Part shown: positions 41,097 through 51,389 of the stretch, piece by piece
Layout of the letters: every line of letters begins with the position of its first letter
How positions within the stretch are numbered: the first letter of the stretch is position 1
NCBI GenBank assembly: GCA_045615705.1
Contig: JAZLFH010000023.1
Location: 1-53,151 of the forward strand
Origin: Clostridia bacterium
Lineage (GTDB): Bacteria > Bacillota > Clostridia > UMGS1883
Direction: 5' to 3'
DNA length: 53,151 nucleotides
Program-made: the position numbers and the translations under genes
Notes under the pieces: model-generated
What the model was told of the DNA's origin: nothing
The model's input: the letters and a program-made list of their open reading frames with translations, nothing else
Database searches by the model: none

Positions 41097-41125
41097 TTGA
41101 CAAAAGAATTTTTGTGTGGTATTTT
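41097..41125 (+). promoter_or_regulatory. Sigma-A promoter of the T-box leader
   Basis: TTGACA-N17-TATTTT with extended TG. Confidence 0.6.
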
Positions 41126-41142
41126 AATATAAATCAAATATA

Positions 41143-41387
41143 AAGGCTATGACGAAGACGGGCGAAAACAATCCTTCAAGAGAGTCGGCGGTTGCTGTGA
41201 GCCGATAGGTGAATTTTCAAGCCATATCACTTCCGAGCCGAAACGGTGAATTTTTTAGCCGTTTCCGATAACCTTGCGTAAGTAGGAACGGTTTGTTGGA
41301 ACCGTGAGTGGTGTTATTACACAATTTGAGTGGTACCGCGGATTTTATATTCGTCTCAAAGTTTTCTTTGGGACGAATTTTTATTTT
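41143..41387 (+). promoter_or_regulatory. T-box riboswitch, predicted Ile (AUC) specifier
   Basis: GA-motif base GGCTATGA/GAGCC, AGAGA (41179), GCTGTGA (41194), specifier ATC 41226-41228, AGTA (41281), T-box AATTTGAGTGGTACCGCG (41323-41340), terminator 41349-41387. Confidence 0.9.
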
Positions 41388-41408
41388 CATTTGAAAGGAC
41401 TTGTGTTT

Positions 41409-43685
41409 ATGCTTGAAAGAATAGGTGAAATTGCAGGGCGTATCAGAGATTTGAGAGAAGTCTTGGACATTTCTGTTAGTGAAATGGCTGAATTCACTCA
41501 CATAACCGAGGAAGAATACCTCAACTTTGAAAATGGTGAAACGGACTTTTCTTTTAACTTCATTTACAAATGTGCAAAGAGATTTGGCGTTGACATTGCA
41601 GACATAATTGTAGGAACAAGTCCCAAACTTACTTCTTATTCTGTTGTCCGCAATGGCGATGGCGTGGACTTGGCAAGACGGGAAGGTTTTCGTTACAGAA
41701 ACTTAGCTCCGCTTTTTAAAGGAAAGATGGCAGAGCCGTTTTATGTAACCGCACCGTATCAGGAAAAAGAAGACAATGAAGAAATCAAAGTTTCTTCGCA
41801 CAAAGGTCAGGAAATTGATTTCATACTCGAAGGTTCATTAAAGGTCAGAATAGATTCTCATATCGAAATTTTAAATCCCGGCGATGTTATCTATTATGAC
41901 AGTACCACCCCACACGGAATGGTCGCAACAGGCGGAAAAGACTGCAAATTCTATGCAGTAGTCTTAAATCCGACAGGCGATGCTTTATCGGAAGATGTCG
42001 TATTTCATGAAGACATTCCCACTCATACACACACGCACACAAATGGCGTTTCATCTAAGTTTATCACCACAAAAGAAGACAAAGACGGCAGGCTTTTGGA
42101 AATAGATTTTAAAAATGAAGAAAACTTTAATTTTGCTTTTGATGTCCTTGATGAAATAGCAAAAAAATCACCCGATAAGACTGCAATGCTTCATCTTGAT
42201 TCCAAAAAGAACGAGCATCGCTTCACATTCTCGGAGATTTCACGCCTTTCTTCAAAAGCGGCAAATTACTTTGCAAGTCTGGGAATTGAAAAAGGCGACA
42301 GAGTAATGCTTGTTTTAAAGCGTAATTGGGAATTTTGGGTCGCAATTAACGCTCTTCACAAAATCGGTGCAATAGTTGTTCCCGCTACAAACCTTTTGGT
42401 TGAGCATGACTTTGAGTATCGCTTTAACGCAGCAGGTATCAAAGCGATTTGTGCAACTATTGACGGAAATGTGGCAGAAGAAGTTGAAAAAGCACAAAAG
42501 AACTCACCCACACTTGAAATTAAGATTATTGCAGGCGGAAAAAGAGAAGGTTGGAGAGATTTTGACAAAGAAATCGAAAAACACTCCGACATTTTCGAAA
42601 AACCAACCGGCGACAAACTTGCAAAAGGCTCTGACCCTATGCTTATGTTTTTTACATCGGGAACTACCGGCTATCCAAAAATTGCAATGCACAACTTTAA
42701 GTATCCGCTCGGTCATTTTATAACCGCAAAATACTGGCACAATGTAAATCCTGACGGACTTCACTTTACCATTGCCGATACAGGTTGGGGAAAAGCTCTT
42801 TGGGGAAAACTTTACGGGCAGTGGCTCTGTGAAGCAGGTGTATTTACATACGATTTTGACAGATTTAACGCAGATGACATTCTTCCTCTCTTTAAGAAAT
42901 ACAACATCACAACATTTTGTGCCCCTCCGACAATGTATCGTTTCTTTATCCGTGAGGACTTGTCAAAGTACGATTTGTCAAGTCTTGAATATGCAACCGT
43001 TGCGGGTGAAGCACTAAACCCTGAGGTCTATAATATTTTCTATAAGGCTACCGGCGTTTCTTTGATGGAAGGATTCGGTCAGACAGAAACTACCGTTGCC
43101 ATTGCAAACTTGGTCGGAACCAAACCAAAACCCGGTTCTATGGGTAAGCCGAGTCCACTTTACGATATTTGCATCTTAAATCCGGACGGAACAAGCGTAA
43201 AACCGGGCGAAACAGGTGAAATCTGCATAAGAACCGACAAAAAAGTTCCTTGCGGTCTTTTCATGGGTTACTATAATGATGAAGAAAAAACTCGTGAGTG
43301 TTGGCATGACGGCATATACCACACCGGCGACACCGCTTGGCAGGACGAAGACGGATATCTTTGGTATATCGGAAGATGCGATGATGTTATTAAATCATCG
43401 GGATACAGAATAGGACCTTTTGAAATTGAAAGTGTGCTTATGGAACTTCCGTATGTATTAGAGTGTGCAATAACCGCCGCTCCCGATGAAATCAGAGGTC
43501 AGGTTGTTAAGGCAACCATCGTTTTGACCAAGGATAAAAAGCCATCCGATGAACTCAAAAAAGAAATCCAGAACTATGTCAAAACTCATACCGCTCCGTA
43601 TAAATATCCGAGAATTATAGACTTTGTAGATGCACTTCCAAAGACAATAAGCGGAAAAATTCGCCGTGTTGAGTTAAGAGAATAA
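41409..43685 (+). CDS. Fusion of XRE HTH + cupin to an AMP-forming short/medium-chain acyl-CoA synthetase
   Basis: N-terminal HTH and cupin (HKGQE...PHGM); FTSGTTGYPK, EGFGQTET, YHTGD, GYRIGPFEIE, PKTISGKIRR; GAAAGGA RBS before ATG 41409. Confidence 0.9.
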   Translation: MLERIGEIAGRIRDLREVLDISVSEMAEFTHITEEEYLNFENGETDFSFNFIYKCAKRFGVDIADIIVGTSPKLTSYSVVRNGDGVDLARREGFRYRNLAPLFKGKMAEPFYVTAPYQEKEDNEEIKVSSHKGQEIDFILEGSLKVRIDSHIEILNPGDVIYYDSTTPHGMVATGGKDCKFYAVVLNPTGDALSEDVVFHEDIPTHTHTHTNGVSSKFITTKEDKDGRLLEIDFKNEENFNFAFDVLDEIAKKSPDKTAMLHLDSKKNEHRFTFSEISRLSSKAANYFASLGIEKGDRVMLVLKRNWEFWVAINALHKIGAIVVPATNLLVEHDFEYRFNAAGIKAICATIDGNVAEEVEKAQKNSPTLEIKIIAGGKREGWRDFDKEIEKHSDIFEKPTGDKLAKGSDPMLMFFTSGTTGYPKIAMHNFKYPLGHFITAKYWHNVNPDGLHFTIADTGWGKALWGKLYGQWLCEAGVFTYDFDRFNADDILPLFKKYNITTFCAPPTMYRFFIREDLSKYDLSSLEYATVAGEALNPEVYNIFYKATGVSLMEGFGQTETTVAIANLVGTKPKPGSMGKPSPLYDICILNPDGTSVKPGETGEICIRTDKKVPCGLFMGYYNDEEKTRECWHDGIYHTGDTAWQDEDGYLWYIGRCDDVIKSSGYRIGPFEIESVLMELPYVLECAITAAPDEIRGQVVKATIVLTKDKKPSDELKKEIQNYVKTHTAPYKYPRIIDFVDALPKTISGKIRRVELRE

Positions 43686-43691
43686 TGTTTG

Positions 43692-43720
43692 TTGACAACA
43701 TATTTCGTGAATGATATAAT
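43692..43720 (+). promoter_or_regulatory. Consensus sigma-A promoter
   Basis: TTGACA-N17-TATAAT with extended TG. Confidence 0.75.
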
Positions 43721-43751
43721 TAAATTTGCAAAAAGTTTACGAGGTGTTCGC

Positions 43752-45611
43752 ATGAAAAAGAATGCTTTTTTAAAGAGATTTTTAAGAACCGTTATAATGA
43801 TTTTTGTGGACTCCGTTATGGGTGTAAGTGCGTTTCTGCTCTCTTCAATTTTCAGAAGTAACGGCAGTTTGTTGCTTACGGTTACCAGTACTTTTAAATA
43901 TGTGAATTTCTTATCCTTCGCTTGTGCAGTCGTTCCCAGCATTGTCTTAATTGCATTTGCACAAGGATACTCAACATCGTGGAGATATGCTACATTTAAG
44001 TCCTATGCCCGTTTAGGTTTTGCATCTGTTTTGGGTTCGTTTATCTCTATGCTTCTCATTTTGATATCCAATGTTAAAATCTCCAAAACATATACAATAC
44101 TTATGGCAATAATTATGGCTTTGCTTGTTTGCTATTGGAGAATGCTTATAGGATATATTCGCCGTAATTTCGGAAACATTATGGCGTACGGCCCCGGCAC
44201 CAAAAGGATTTTGATAGTCGGCGGCGGAGATACCGGAAGTGCCTTAATAAACAGTATGAAGAAAAAAACGGGTCTTGTTCCCGTTGCGGTTATTGACGAT
44301 ACACCTACAAAGTGGGGACTTAGAATCAACGGCGTCCCGATTATCGGCGGAAGAGATAAAATTTCTTTTGCCGCCGAAAAATACAAAGCTGATGAAATTA
44401 TCATTGCTATCCCTTCTGCGGACAATACGAGTATGCTCGCTATTGTAGATGAATGTTCAAAAACCATGCTTAAAGTCAGAACCGTACCCTCTCTCTACGA
44501 AATTGTAACCGGTGCGGCTCTTGAAAGTCAGATTAAAGATGTTGATATTGCAGACCTTTTAGGCAGAAAGCAGTTTTTAATTGATAACAGTGATGTTTAC
44601 AGTTATATCGAGAACGAAGTGGTTTTGGTAACCGGCGGCGGCGGAAGTATAGGTTCGGAACTTTGCCGTCAAATAGCAAAGTATTCACCAAGACTTTTGA
44701 TTGTTTTTGATATTTATGAAAACAATGCTTATGCACTTCAACAGGAAATGCTCAGCCTTTATCCAAACACTTTGAATATGCTTGTCTTAATAGGTTCTGT
44801 CCGTGATAAAAAGCGTCTTGAAGAGGTTTTTGAGCAGTTTAAACCGGGAGTTGTATTTCATGCGGCGGCACATAAGCATGTACCGTTAATGGAGGACAGT
44901 CCCAACGAAGCATTAAAGAATAATGTCTATGGCACTTACAATGTGGCAACCTGTGCTGAAAAATACGGTACCAAGCGTTTCATTCTTATTTCTACCGACA
45001 AGGCAGTAAACCCGACAAATATTATGGGTGCAAGCAAACGCCTTGCGGAAATGGTTATTCAGCAGATAAGTATGCGTGCGAAAAACACAGTTTTTTCAGC
45101 CGTCAGATTCGGTAATGTTTTGGGCAGTAACGGAAGCGTTATTCCGCTTTTTAAAGAGCAAATCAAAAACGGCGGTCCTGTTACTGTTACACACCCCGAA
45201 ATAAACCGTTTCTTTATGACTATTCCCGAAGCAGCCCAACTTGTTATGCACGCAGGTGCTTTGGCAAGCGGCGGTGAAATCTTCATTCTTGATATGGGTT
45301 CGCCGGTAAAGATTGTGGATTTGGCAAGGAATCTTATCCGTCTTTCCGGATTCGTTCCCGATGTGGATATTAAAATCGAATTTACCGGACTAAGACCGGG
45401 CGAAAAAATGTACGAAGAACTTTTGCTCGACAGACAAAAGCAGACTGCCACTAAGAACGATAAGATTTTTATAGAAAAGCCTATTGAAAATAAAGAGGTT
45501 TTAATTGAAGAAATCAAAAGGCTTAAAGAAAGGCTTTCGTGTTTCTGCCCGATGTATGACGAGGTTGGCGATTGGTTGTCAAACGAGGTTATGAATACCA
45601 AGGATAAATAA
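43752..45611 (+). CDS. CapD/PglF-type membrane-anchored NDP-sugar 4,6-dehydratase
   Basis: N-terminal TMs, DLLGR, TGGGGSIGSELCRQ, HAAAHKHVP, STDKAVNP, RFGNVLGSNGSV, RPGEKMYEEL. Confidence 0.9.
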   Translation: MKKNAFLKRFLRTVIMIFVDSVMGVSAFLLSSIFRSNGSLLLTVTSTFKYVNFLSFACAVVPSIVLIAFAQGYSTSWRYATFKSYARLGFASVLGSFISMLLILISNVKISKTYTILMAIIMALLVCYWRMLIGYIRRNFGNIMAYGPGTKRILIVGGGDTGSALINSMKKKTGLVPVAVIDDTPTKWGLRINGVPIIGGRDKISFAAEKYKADEIIIAIPSADNTSMLAIVDECSKTMLKVRTVPSLYEIVTGAALESQIKDVDIADLLGRKQFLIDNSDVYSYIENEVVLVTGGGGSIGSELCRQIAKYSPRLLIVFDIYENNAYALQQEMLSLYPNTLNMLVLIGSVRDKKRLEEVFEQFKPGVVFHAAAHKHVPLMEDSPNEALKNNVYGTYNVATCAEKYGTKRFILISTDKAVNPTNIMGASKRLAEMVIQQISMRAKNTVFSAVRFGNVLGSNGSVIPLFKEQIKNGGPVTVTHPEINRFFMTIPEAAQLVMHAGALASGGEIFILDMGSPVKIVDLARNLIRLSGFVPDVDIKIEFTGLRPGEKMYEELLLDRQKQTATKNDKIFIEKPIENKEVLIEEIKRLKERLSCFCPMYDEVGDWLSNEVMNTKDK

Positions 45612-45613
45612 AA

Positions 45614-45690
45614 TAAAGAGGGTGTTGCAAAATGCGACACCCTCTTTTTGGGCCGGAAGCAAAATAGTGCATTTTAAAACAGCCTCTTTA
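45614..45690 (-). repeat. Intergenic repeat module B (reverse orientation), also a bidirectional terminator candidate
   Basis: Reverse complement AGAGGCTGTTTTAAAATGCACTATTTTGCTTCCGGCCC...GGGTGTCGCATTTTGCAACACCCTCTT. Confidence 0.8.
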
Positions 45691-46452
45691 TTTTTCCAAT
45701 ATGTTTAGGTTTCTTTCAATGACCCTTTTCCCTCGCCAAATAAATGCCCTGTCTTTATATTTTTCTCGAAACGCTTTTTCGCTTAATCCTTCAATATCTT
45801 CTTTTTTTAATGAAAATATTAAATCTTTCGTGAACTCTTCTATTGCTTTTAGCGGTACTTTATTGTACGGACAAACCGTTTGACACATATCGCACCCGAA
45901 AATTTTTTTGCTTTTTTTAAGGATTTTAATTTCTTCCTCCGTAAGGTCGCCTTTTTTTTGAGAAATTGCGGAAGCACAAAGATTTATGTTAAATCCGTCA
46001 TTTGTAAGTGCCTTACCTACACAAAATCTTTGACACAAGTCGCAATCTTTACAATCTGTTTTTATCGGTTTATCGTACTCTAACTTTAAATCGCAAAGCA
46101 CATATCCTATAAAGAAGAATGAGCCTCCTTCGGGAGAAATAATAAGAGAATTTTTACCCAAAAAACCAAGTCCTGCATTTTTGGCAAGGACTTTTTCTCT
46201 TTCGGGCCCGATATCCGAATAACTTTCGGTATATTTTGCATTAAGGTTTGTTTTTAAAAAATTTTCTATCTCATAAAGTTTTTCTTTTACCACCTTATGA
46301 TAATCAAGCGAGCGGGCATACACCGACAAATTGCCTTCGCCTTCGGTATAATAGGGGAACAAACAGACTATTGCACTTTTATTCTCACACTCACAAAATC
46401 CCGCTTTTAAAATTCCGATGCTTTTTAAAAAATTCTCAATTTCCTTATTCAT
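45688..46452 (-). CDS. queG: Epoxyqueuosine reductase
   Basis: YARSLDYH, AGLGFLGKNSL, CKDCDLCQRFC, FGCDMCQTVCPYN. Confidence 0.85.
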   Translation of the reverse strand: MNKEIENFLKSIGILKAGFCECENKSAIVCLFPYYTEGEGNLSVYARSLDYHKVVKEKLYEIENFLKTNLNAKYTESYSDIGPEREKVLAKNAGLGFLGKNSLIISPEGGSFFFIGYVLCDLKLEYDKPIKTDCKDCDLCQRFCVGKALTNDGFNINLCASAISQKKGDLTEEEIKILKKSKKIFGCDMCQTVCPYNKVPLKAIEEFTKDLIFSLKKEDIEGLSEKAFREKYKDRAFIWRGKRVIERNLNILEK

Positions 46453-46453
46453 A

Positions 46454-47158
46454 TTACTTGCCATTTCTTGCCGCCACCACCACAAATACCTCACTTGCTC
46501 CGCATTTTTTAAGGAGTCTTGAACATACATCCGCTGTCGCTCCCGTAGTCATTATATCGTCAACCAAAAGGACTTTTCCTGAAACTTTTTCCTTTGGAAT
46601 TATACTGTAACTTTTGTTTGCGTTTTCAATTCTCGCCTTCTTCGGAAGAGAGGACTGCTTTAAACTGTTCTCTGTTCTTTTAAGTACGCCCCGACACGGA
46701 ACCAGAATTATTTCGGAAAGATATTTTGCCAAAAGTTCCGACTGATTGTAGCCCCTTTTTCTGAGATTTTTCCTGTTTTGAGGTACATAAGTAATTAAGT
46801 CAAATTCTTCATCTATTATACACTTAGCCATCATAAAAGCAAACGCTCTTGCATTTACGCCCCTATGGAAAAACTTCATTGAAAGGATTGAGCGTCTTAC
46901 ATTATTTTTATAAACAAACGGTGAAAAGCATTTTGTAAAATGCCTTTTATTCCTTATACAGTCATGGCACAAGTCATTATATTCCTCGTTTTCAGACAAT
47001 TTCGTTAAGCAAATTTTACAACGCCTGCCATCTAAAAACTCATTCTTTGAGATACAGTTTTCACAAATGTTTACATTTGCATCTCTATCCAATATTTTTC
47101 CGCAAAAGGCACAAAAGTGCGGATAAAATACATTTAAAACTATATTTTTGAAAAACAT
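46454..47158 (-). CDS. comF: ComF-family protein (double zinc ribbon + PRTase-like)
   Basis: CxxC pairs, RGYNQSELLA, LLVDDIMTTGAT. Confidence 0.88.
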   Translation of the reverse strand: MFFKNIVLNVFYPHFCAFCGKILDRDANVNICENCISKNEFLDGRRCKICLTKLSENEEYNDLCHDCIRNKRHFTKCFSPFVYKNNVRRSILSMKFFHRGVNARAFAFMMAKCIIDEEFDLITYVPQNRKNLRKRGYNQSELLAKYLSEIILVPCRGVLKRTENSLKQSSLPKKARIENANKSYSIIPKEKVSGKVLLVDDIMTTGATADVCSRLLKKCGASEVFVVVAARNGK

Positions 47159-49329
47159 TCTTCCAATCGTTCCTTAAAATTTGAAAATCTTTGTGCTTCG
47201 TGGTTATTCCTTATAAAGCAATTTAAACTTTCTTCGTTTCCTATCAAAACCGCAAGTTCTTTTGCTCTTGTTACTGCGGTGTATAAAAGATTTCTTCGCA
47301 TTAAAAGAGGTGCAAAATTTACAGATGGAATAATTATTGCTTTAAATTCGCAACCCTGAGTTTTATGAACGGTTAAAGCATACGCCAATTCGAGTTCCCC
47401 GAGGCGGGAGAACTCGTACTCGCAAAGCCTGTCATCATCAAACTCTATCTCCATATAAGAAAGTGTCGGGTGAATTTTCTTTATTATTCCTATATCGCCG
47501 TTATAAATCCCTTCGCCTTCTTCACCATGCCTTATAAACGGCATATTGTAGTCATTTTTCGTCTGCATTACCTTGTCCCCTTCACGAAAAATGCTCTCTC
47601 CGCTCCTTTTTTCCTTTTTTGTTACGGAGGGTGGATTTAAAACCTCTTGTATTGCACTGTTAAGTGCCTTTGTTCCTAAAATTCCTTTCCTTGACGGAGT
47701 TATTACCTGAATGTCATTAAACGGGTCATATCCGTATTTCTCAGGTAACCTTGTTGATAATACAGAAAGAATTTCATCTGTGCATTCATAGTTTCCCCTT
47801 CGAATAAAGAAAAAATCGCCGTCAGGTTCAACTTTCGGCATTTCGCCGTTATTTATCCTGTGAGCATTTGTTACTATCATACTCTTTTCGGCTTGACGAA
47901 ACACTTTGTTAAACCGTATGCATTTTATTGTATTTGAATTTATTATGTCTTTAAGCACATTTCCCGGTCCTACCGAAGAAAGTTGGTCATAATCTCCTAC
48001 CATAATCAGCCTTGACCCTTTTTTCATCGCTTTTAAAAGGTCGGAAAACAACAAAATATCAACCATGCTCATTTCGTCCACAATTATCGCATCAGCATCA
48101 AGCGGGTTTTTTTCGTTTCTTGTAAAAACTGAACGCTCGTCATTTTCCAAAGGCTTTGCTTCAAGCAATCTGTGGATTGTCTTTGCCTCGTGTCCGGTCG
48201 ATTCAAAAAGTCTTTTGGAAGCCTTGCCGGTAAATGCTGTAAGTTCTGTTTTTATGCCACGCATTGAAAACGATTCAATTATGGTTTTGATTACTGTTGT
48301 TTTTCCCGTTCCCGGTCCGCCTGTTATAACAAGAACTCCGTTTTCATTTGCGAAAAAAACTGCCTCTCTCTGCTCAAACGAAAGAGAAATATCACCTTCA
48401 AAAAACGCTTCTACCCTGTTTTTTTCGCTTTCGTTCATTCCTTTTACCCTGCTTGAAAGGTCAAAAAGGCGAGAAGCACTGTACTTTTCCGCCGAATAAA
48501 GATACGGAAGATATATAAATTCATTTTCTTCAACCAATCTTCCTTCGTATATAAGGCTTGAAATTTCACTATCTACTTCGTCAGGATACACTCCCAAATT
48601 TCTTGCACATTCATTTAAAAGCACATCTCTTTTTAATGTGGTATGTCCGTTTTGTGAAGCACTTTTAAGCGTATGAACCACGCCGCTTTTAATCCTTAAC
48701 GGATGATTTTGCTCAAAGCCCGTTTGTGATGCAATTCTGTCAGCTACCGCAAATGATACGCCCATAATATCATCACAAAGTATATACGGATTATTATTTA
48801 TTTCCTCTTTTGCGTTTGTTCCGTATTTTTTGTGAATTTTAAGTGCGATATTTGCCGAAACACCGTATTGTTGCATATACATTACGGTTTCAACGCAATC
48901 TCTGTGTTCGATAAATGACGCCGATATGGATTCTGCCTTAGTCTTTGTTATTCCTCGAATTTTAGCCAATTTCTCCGGCTCATTTTGAATTACATTGAGT
49001 GCGTCCTCCCCAAACTCGTTAACAATTTTTTGGGCGGTAGCAACTCCCACGCCCGAAATTATGCCCGATGACAAAAATAAACGCATTCCGTCCGTATCGC
49101 TCGGCATAACCCTCTCCACTTTTGTTGATTTAAAGCGAATTCCGTACACCGGATGTTCTTCCCAAAAACCAAAAGCACGGATACTTTCGCCCGTGCTTAC
49201 AAACGGCAGATTTCCTATAAGTGTAATTTCATCAAATTCTCTTTTTATTACACAGTTGGTATAGCCGTTTTCTTCATTATGAAAAATAATTTCTTCTATT
49301 TGACCTTTGATTTCTTCATAATCTGTCAT
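47140..49329 (-). CDS. recD2: ATP-dependent RecD-like DNA helicase
   Basis: HhH region, TGGPGTGKTT, TIHRLL, VDEMSMVD, GDYDQL, YALTVHKTQG, LYTAVTRA. Confidence 0.92.
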   Translation of the reverse strand: MTDYEEIKGQIEEIIFHNEENGYTNCVIKREFDEITLIGNLPFVSTGESIRAFGFWEEHPVYGIRFKSTKVERVMPSDTDGMRLFLSSGIISGVGVATAQKIVNEFGEDALNVIQNEPEKLAKIRGITKTKAESISASFIEHRDCVETVMYMQQYGVSANIALKIHKKYGTNAKEEINNNPYILCDDIMGVSFAVADRIASQTGFEQNHPLRIKSGVVHTLKSASQNGHTTLKRDVLLNECARNLGVYPDEVDSEISSLIYEGRLVEENEFIYLPYLYSAEKYSASRLFDLSSRVKGMNESEKNRVEAFFEGDISLSFEQREAVFFANENGVLVITGGPGTGKTTVIKTIIESFSMRGIKTELTAFTGKASKRLFESTGHEAKTIHRLLEAKPLENDERSVFTRNEKNPLDADAIIVDEMSMVDILLFSDLLKAMKKGSRLIMVGDYDQLSSVGPGNVLKDIINSNTIKCIRFNKVFRQAEKSMIVTNAHRINNGEMPKVEPDGDFFFIRRGNYECTDEILSVLSTRLPEKYGYDPFNDIQVITPSRKGILGTKALNSAIQEVLNPPSVTKKEKRSGESIFREGDKVMQTKNDYNMPFIRHGEEGEGIYNGDIGIIKKIHPTLSYMEIEFDDDRLCEYEFSRLGELELAYALTVHKTQGCEFKAIIIPSVNFAPLLMRRNLLYTAVTRAKELAVLIGNEESLNCFIRNNHEAQRFSNFKERLEECFSKI

Positions 49330-49501
49330 GCCTGTTACCCGTAATATGTATAGAAATATCGCCCGATTCTTTTAATATTTCTATCGCATCTTCCTTTGTT
49401 ATATAAGAAATGTTGTTGCAAGATGCACATTCGTGAAACAACAAAGCAAACTGAACAAAGAGCAACAACACAATAAGTACCGACAAAATAATTTCTGCCA
49501 T
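49316..49501 (-). CDS. 61-aa single-TM hypothetical protein
   Basis: GGGGTG RBS, hydrophobic N-terminus, overlaps the recD2 start. Confidence 0.55.
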   Translation of the reverse strand: MAEIILSVLIVLLLFVQFALLFHECASCNNISYITKEDAIEILKESGDISIHITGNRHDRL

Positions 49502-49538
49502 ATTATCACCCCGCTATATTTTATGCAGGGCTTTGTTT

Positions 49539-50666
49539 TTATGCTAATTCATTGACCGCATCAAGCTTTTCCCACGGGAAATTCTTGTCGCTTCTTCCGA
49601 AATGACCGTAAGATGCACTCTCAAAATAAATAGGTCTTAAAAGGTCAAGACGCTCAATAATTCCGTTTGGAGTTAAGTCAAACTTCTCTTTTACCATCTT
49701 TTCCAGTACTTCATTTGAATACTTTGATGTATTAAATGTGTCAATATTTACCGAAACAGGCTCTTTTACACCTATTGCATAAGCAAGTTGAATCTGACAT
49801 TTTTTAGCCAGTCCCGCTGCTACTATATTTTTTGCGATATACCTCGCCATATATGATGCACTTCTGTCAACCTTTGTCGGGTCTTTTCCGGAAAATGCTC
49901 CTCCTCCGTGAGGTGCACTTCCGCCGTAAGTATCTGCAATTATCTTTCTTCCCGTAAGTCCGCTGTCGCCATGAGGTCCGCCTATCACAAACCTGCCTGT
50001 CGGGTTAATCAAAAATTTTGTTGAAGCATCAATAAGGTTTTTAGGAATTGTGGGAATAATGATTTTATTAATCACATCTGTCTTTATTTTTTCAAGCGTA
50101 ACATCATCTTTGTGTTGAGTTGAAATCAAAACCGTATCAACTCTTATCGGTGTATCTCCGTCATATTCAACCGTAACCTGTGTCTTTCCGTCAGGACGAA
50201 TATATGTAAGTTCTCCCCTCTTTCTCACATCGGCAAGTTTTAACGCCAAACGCTGAGAAAGATTCATCGCAAGAGGCATATACTCGTCTGTTTCATCGGT
50301 TGCATAGCCAAACATCATACCCTGGTCGCCTGCTCCTCCGATATCTACGCCCAATGCGATATCGGCGGACTGCTCGTGAAGTGAATTTAAAACCGCACAG
50401 TTTTCATAGTGAAATCCCATATCGGGGTCGGTGTATCCGATTTTTTTAACAGTTTCACGAACAATATTTTGAATGTCTGCGTAGTGAGTTGTCGTAATCT
50501 CACCAAATACTACAACAAGCCCTGTTGCAGTACATACCTCACACGCAACACGAGCATTTTTATCATTTTTTAAAATGTCATCCAACACCGCATCCGAAAT
50601 CTGATCGCACACCTTGTCGGGATGCCCTTCCGTAACACATTCAGATGTAAAAAGCCTTCTGCTCAT
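49539..50666 (-). CDS. metK: S-adenosylmethionine synthetase
   Basis: [48 protein letters not shown]. Confidence 0.96.
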   Translation of the reverse strand: MSRRLFTSECVTEGHPDKVCDQISDAVLDDILKNDKNARVACEVCTATGLVVVFGEITTTHYADIQNIVRETVKKIGYTDPDMGFHYENCAVLNSLHEQSADIALGVDIGGAGDQGMMFGYATDETDEYMPLAMNLSQRLALKLADVRKRGELTYIRPDGKTQVTVEYDGDTPIRVDTVLISTQHKDDVTLEKIKTDVINKIIIPTIPKNLIDASTKFLINPTGRFVIGGPHGDSGLTGRKIIADTYGGSAPHGGGAFSGKDPTKVDRSASYMARYIAKNIVAAGLAKKCQIQLAYAIGVKEPVSVNIDTFNTSKYSNEVLEKMVKEKFDLTPNGIIERLDLLRPIYFESASYGHFGRSDKNFPWEKLDAVNELA

Positions 50667-50679
50667 TTTTATTCTCCTT

Positions 50680-51216
50680 TCAGAAAAGCGAAACTATAAA
50701 ATCAAACGCACCGTATGTAAGAGCCGTTACTATAACTCCCGCACATAAAACTCCAAACAGAATTGATACAAATGCATCTTTAAACTTAAAATCCAAAAAC
50801 GAAGCAAGTACCGCCCCTGTCCACGCCCCTGTCCCGGGAAGCGGAATTGCCACAAATATAAACAGTCCCCATTTTTTGTATTTTTCTACTTTTGTTCTGT
50901 TTTTTTCAACCTTTTTTTCCATCCAAAGCGGAAACCATGCCAAAAGTTTTGTCTTTTTGAGTAACCTGCAAACAGGTACCAAAAGCCATATAATAAAAGG
51001 TACGGGAATAAGATTTGATAAAACGGCAACCAAAAATGCAGGCAACATCTTAACCCCGAGTGCGTATGCAACGGGAATTGCTCCACGGAGTTCAATAATC
51101 GGAAGAAGTGATATCAAAAACACATACACCAAATTTACCGCACTTTCCCCCAAATGAAAAAATGATACTACGCCAAGTGCGAATGTGTACATTATATCTT
51201 TAAACCATTCTACCAC
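50680..51216 (-). CDS. COG2426 / small multi-drug export-like membrane protein
   Basis: [24 protein letters not shown]. Confidence 0.85.
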   Translation of the reverse strand: MVEWFKDIMYTFALGVVSFFHLGESAVNLVYVFLISLLPIIELRGAIPVAYALGVKMLPAFLVAVLSNLIPVPFIIWLLVPVCRLLKKTKLLAWFPLWMEKKVEKNRTKVEKYKKWGLFIFVAIPLPGTGAWTGAVLASFLDFKFKDAFVSILFGVLCAGVIVTALTYGAFDFIVSLF

Positions 51217-51237
51217 GAAATCACTCCTATCCTTTTA

Positions 51238-51266
51238 ATTTTATACTGTATATCCGTTTTTGTCAA
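51238..51266 (-). promoter_or_regulatory. Sigma-A promoter of the COG2426-metK operon
   Basis: Minus strand TTGACA-N17-TAAAAT. Confidence 0.65.
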
Positions 51267-51310
51267 GAAGATGTTAGGTTAAGGCACAGCCGGGTGAGAA
51301 AGTTTAAATA

Positions 51311-51340
51311 AAATAAACCCACCTTACTTAGGTGAGTTTA
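51311..51340 (-). terminator. Probable rpmB terminator
   Basis: Minus strand TAAACTCACCT...AGGTGGGTTTA followed by TTTT. Confidence 0.65.
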
Positions 51341-51389
51341 CCTCTGTTTGAATCAAATTTTTAAATATGCCGTTCGTTTTACAAACAAA

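Noticed and set aside
41304-41408. Longer GTG start for the acyl-CoA synthetase fusion, and the antisense ORF 41217-41501
   Set aside because: This region is the T-box antiterminator/terminator; the RBS supports ATG 41409.
16276-45690. Dispersed repeats as a CRISPR array
   Set aside because: Copies are kilobases apart with no repeat-spacer periodicity and no cas genes.
50667-51389. SAM (S-box) riboswitch upstream of metK
   Set aside because: No ATC..GAG/GCAACC/GTGC core seen; the promoter sits directly before the COG2426 gene.
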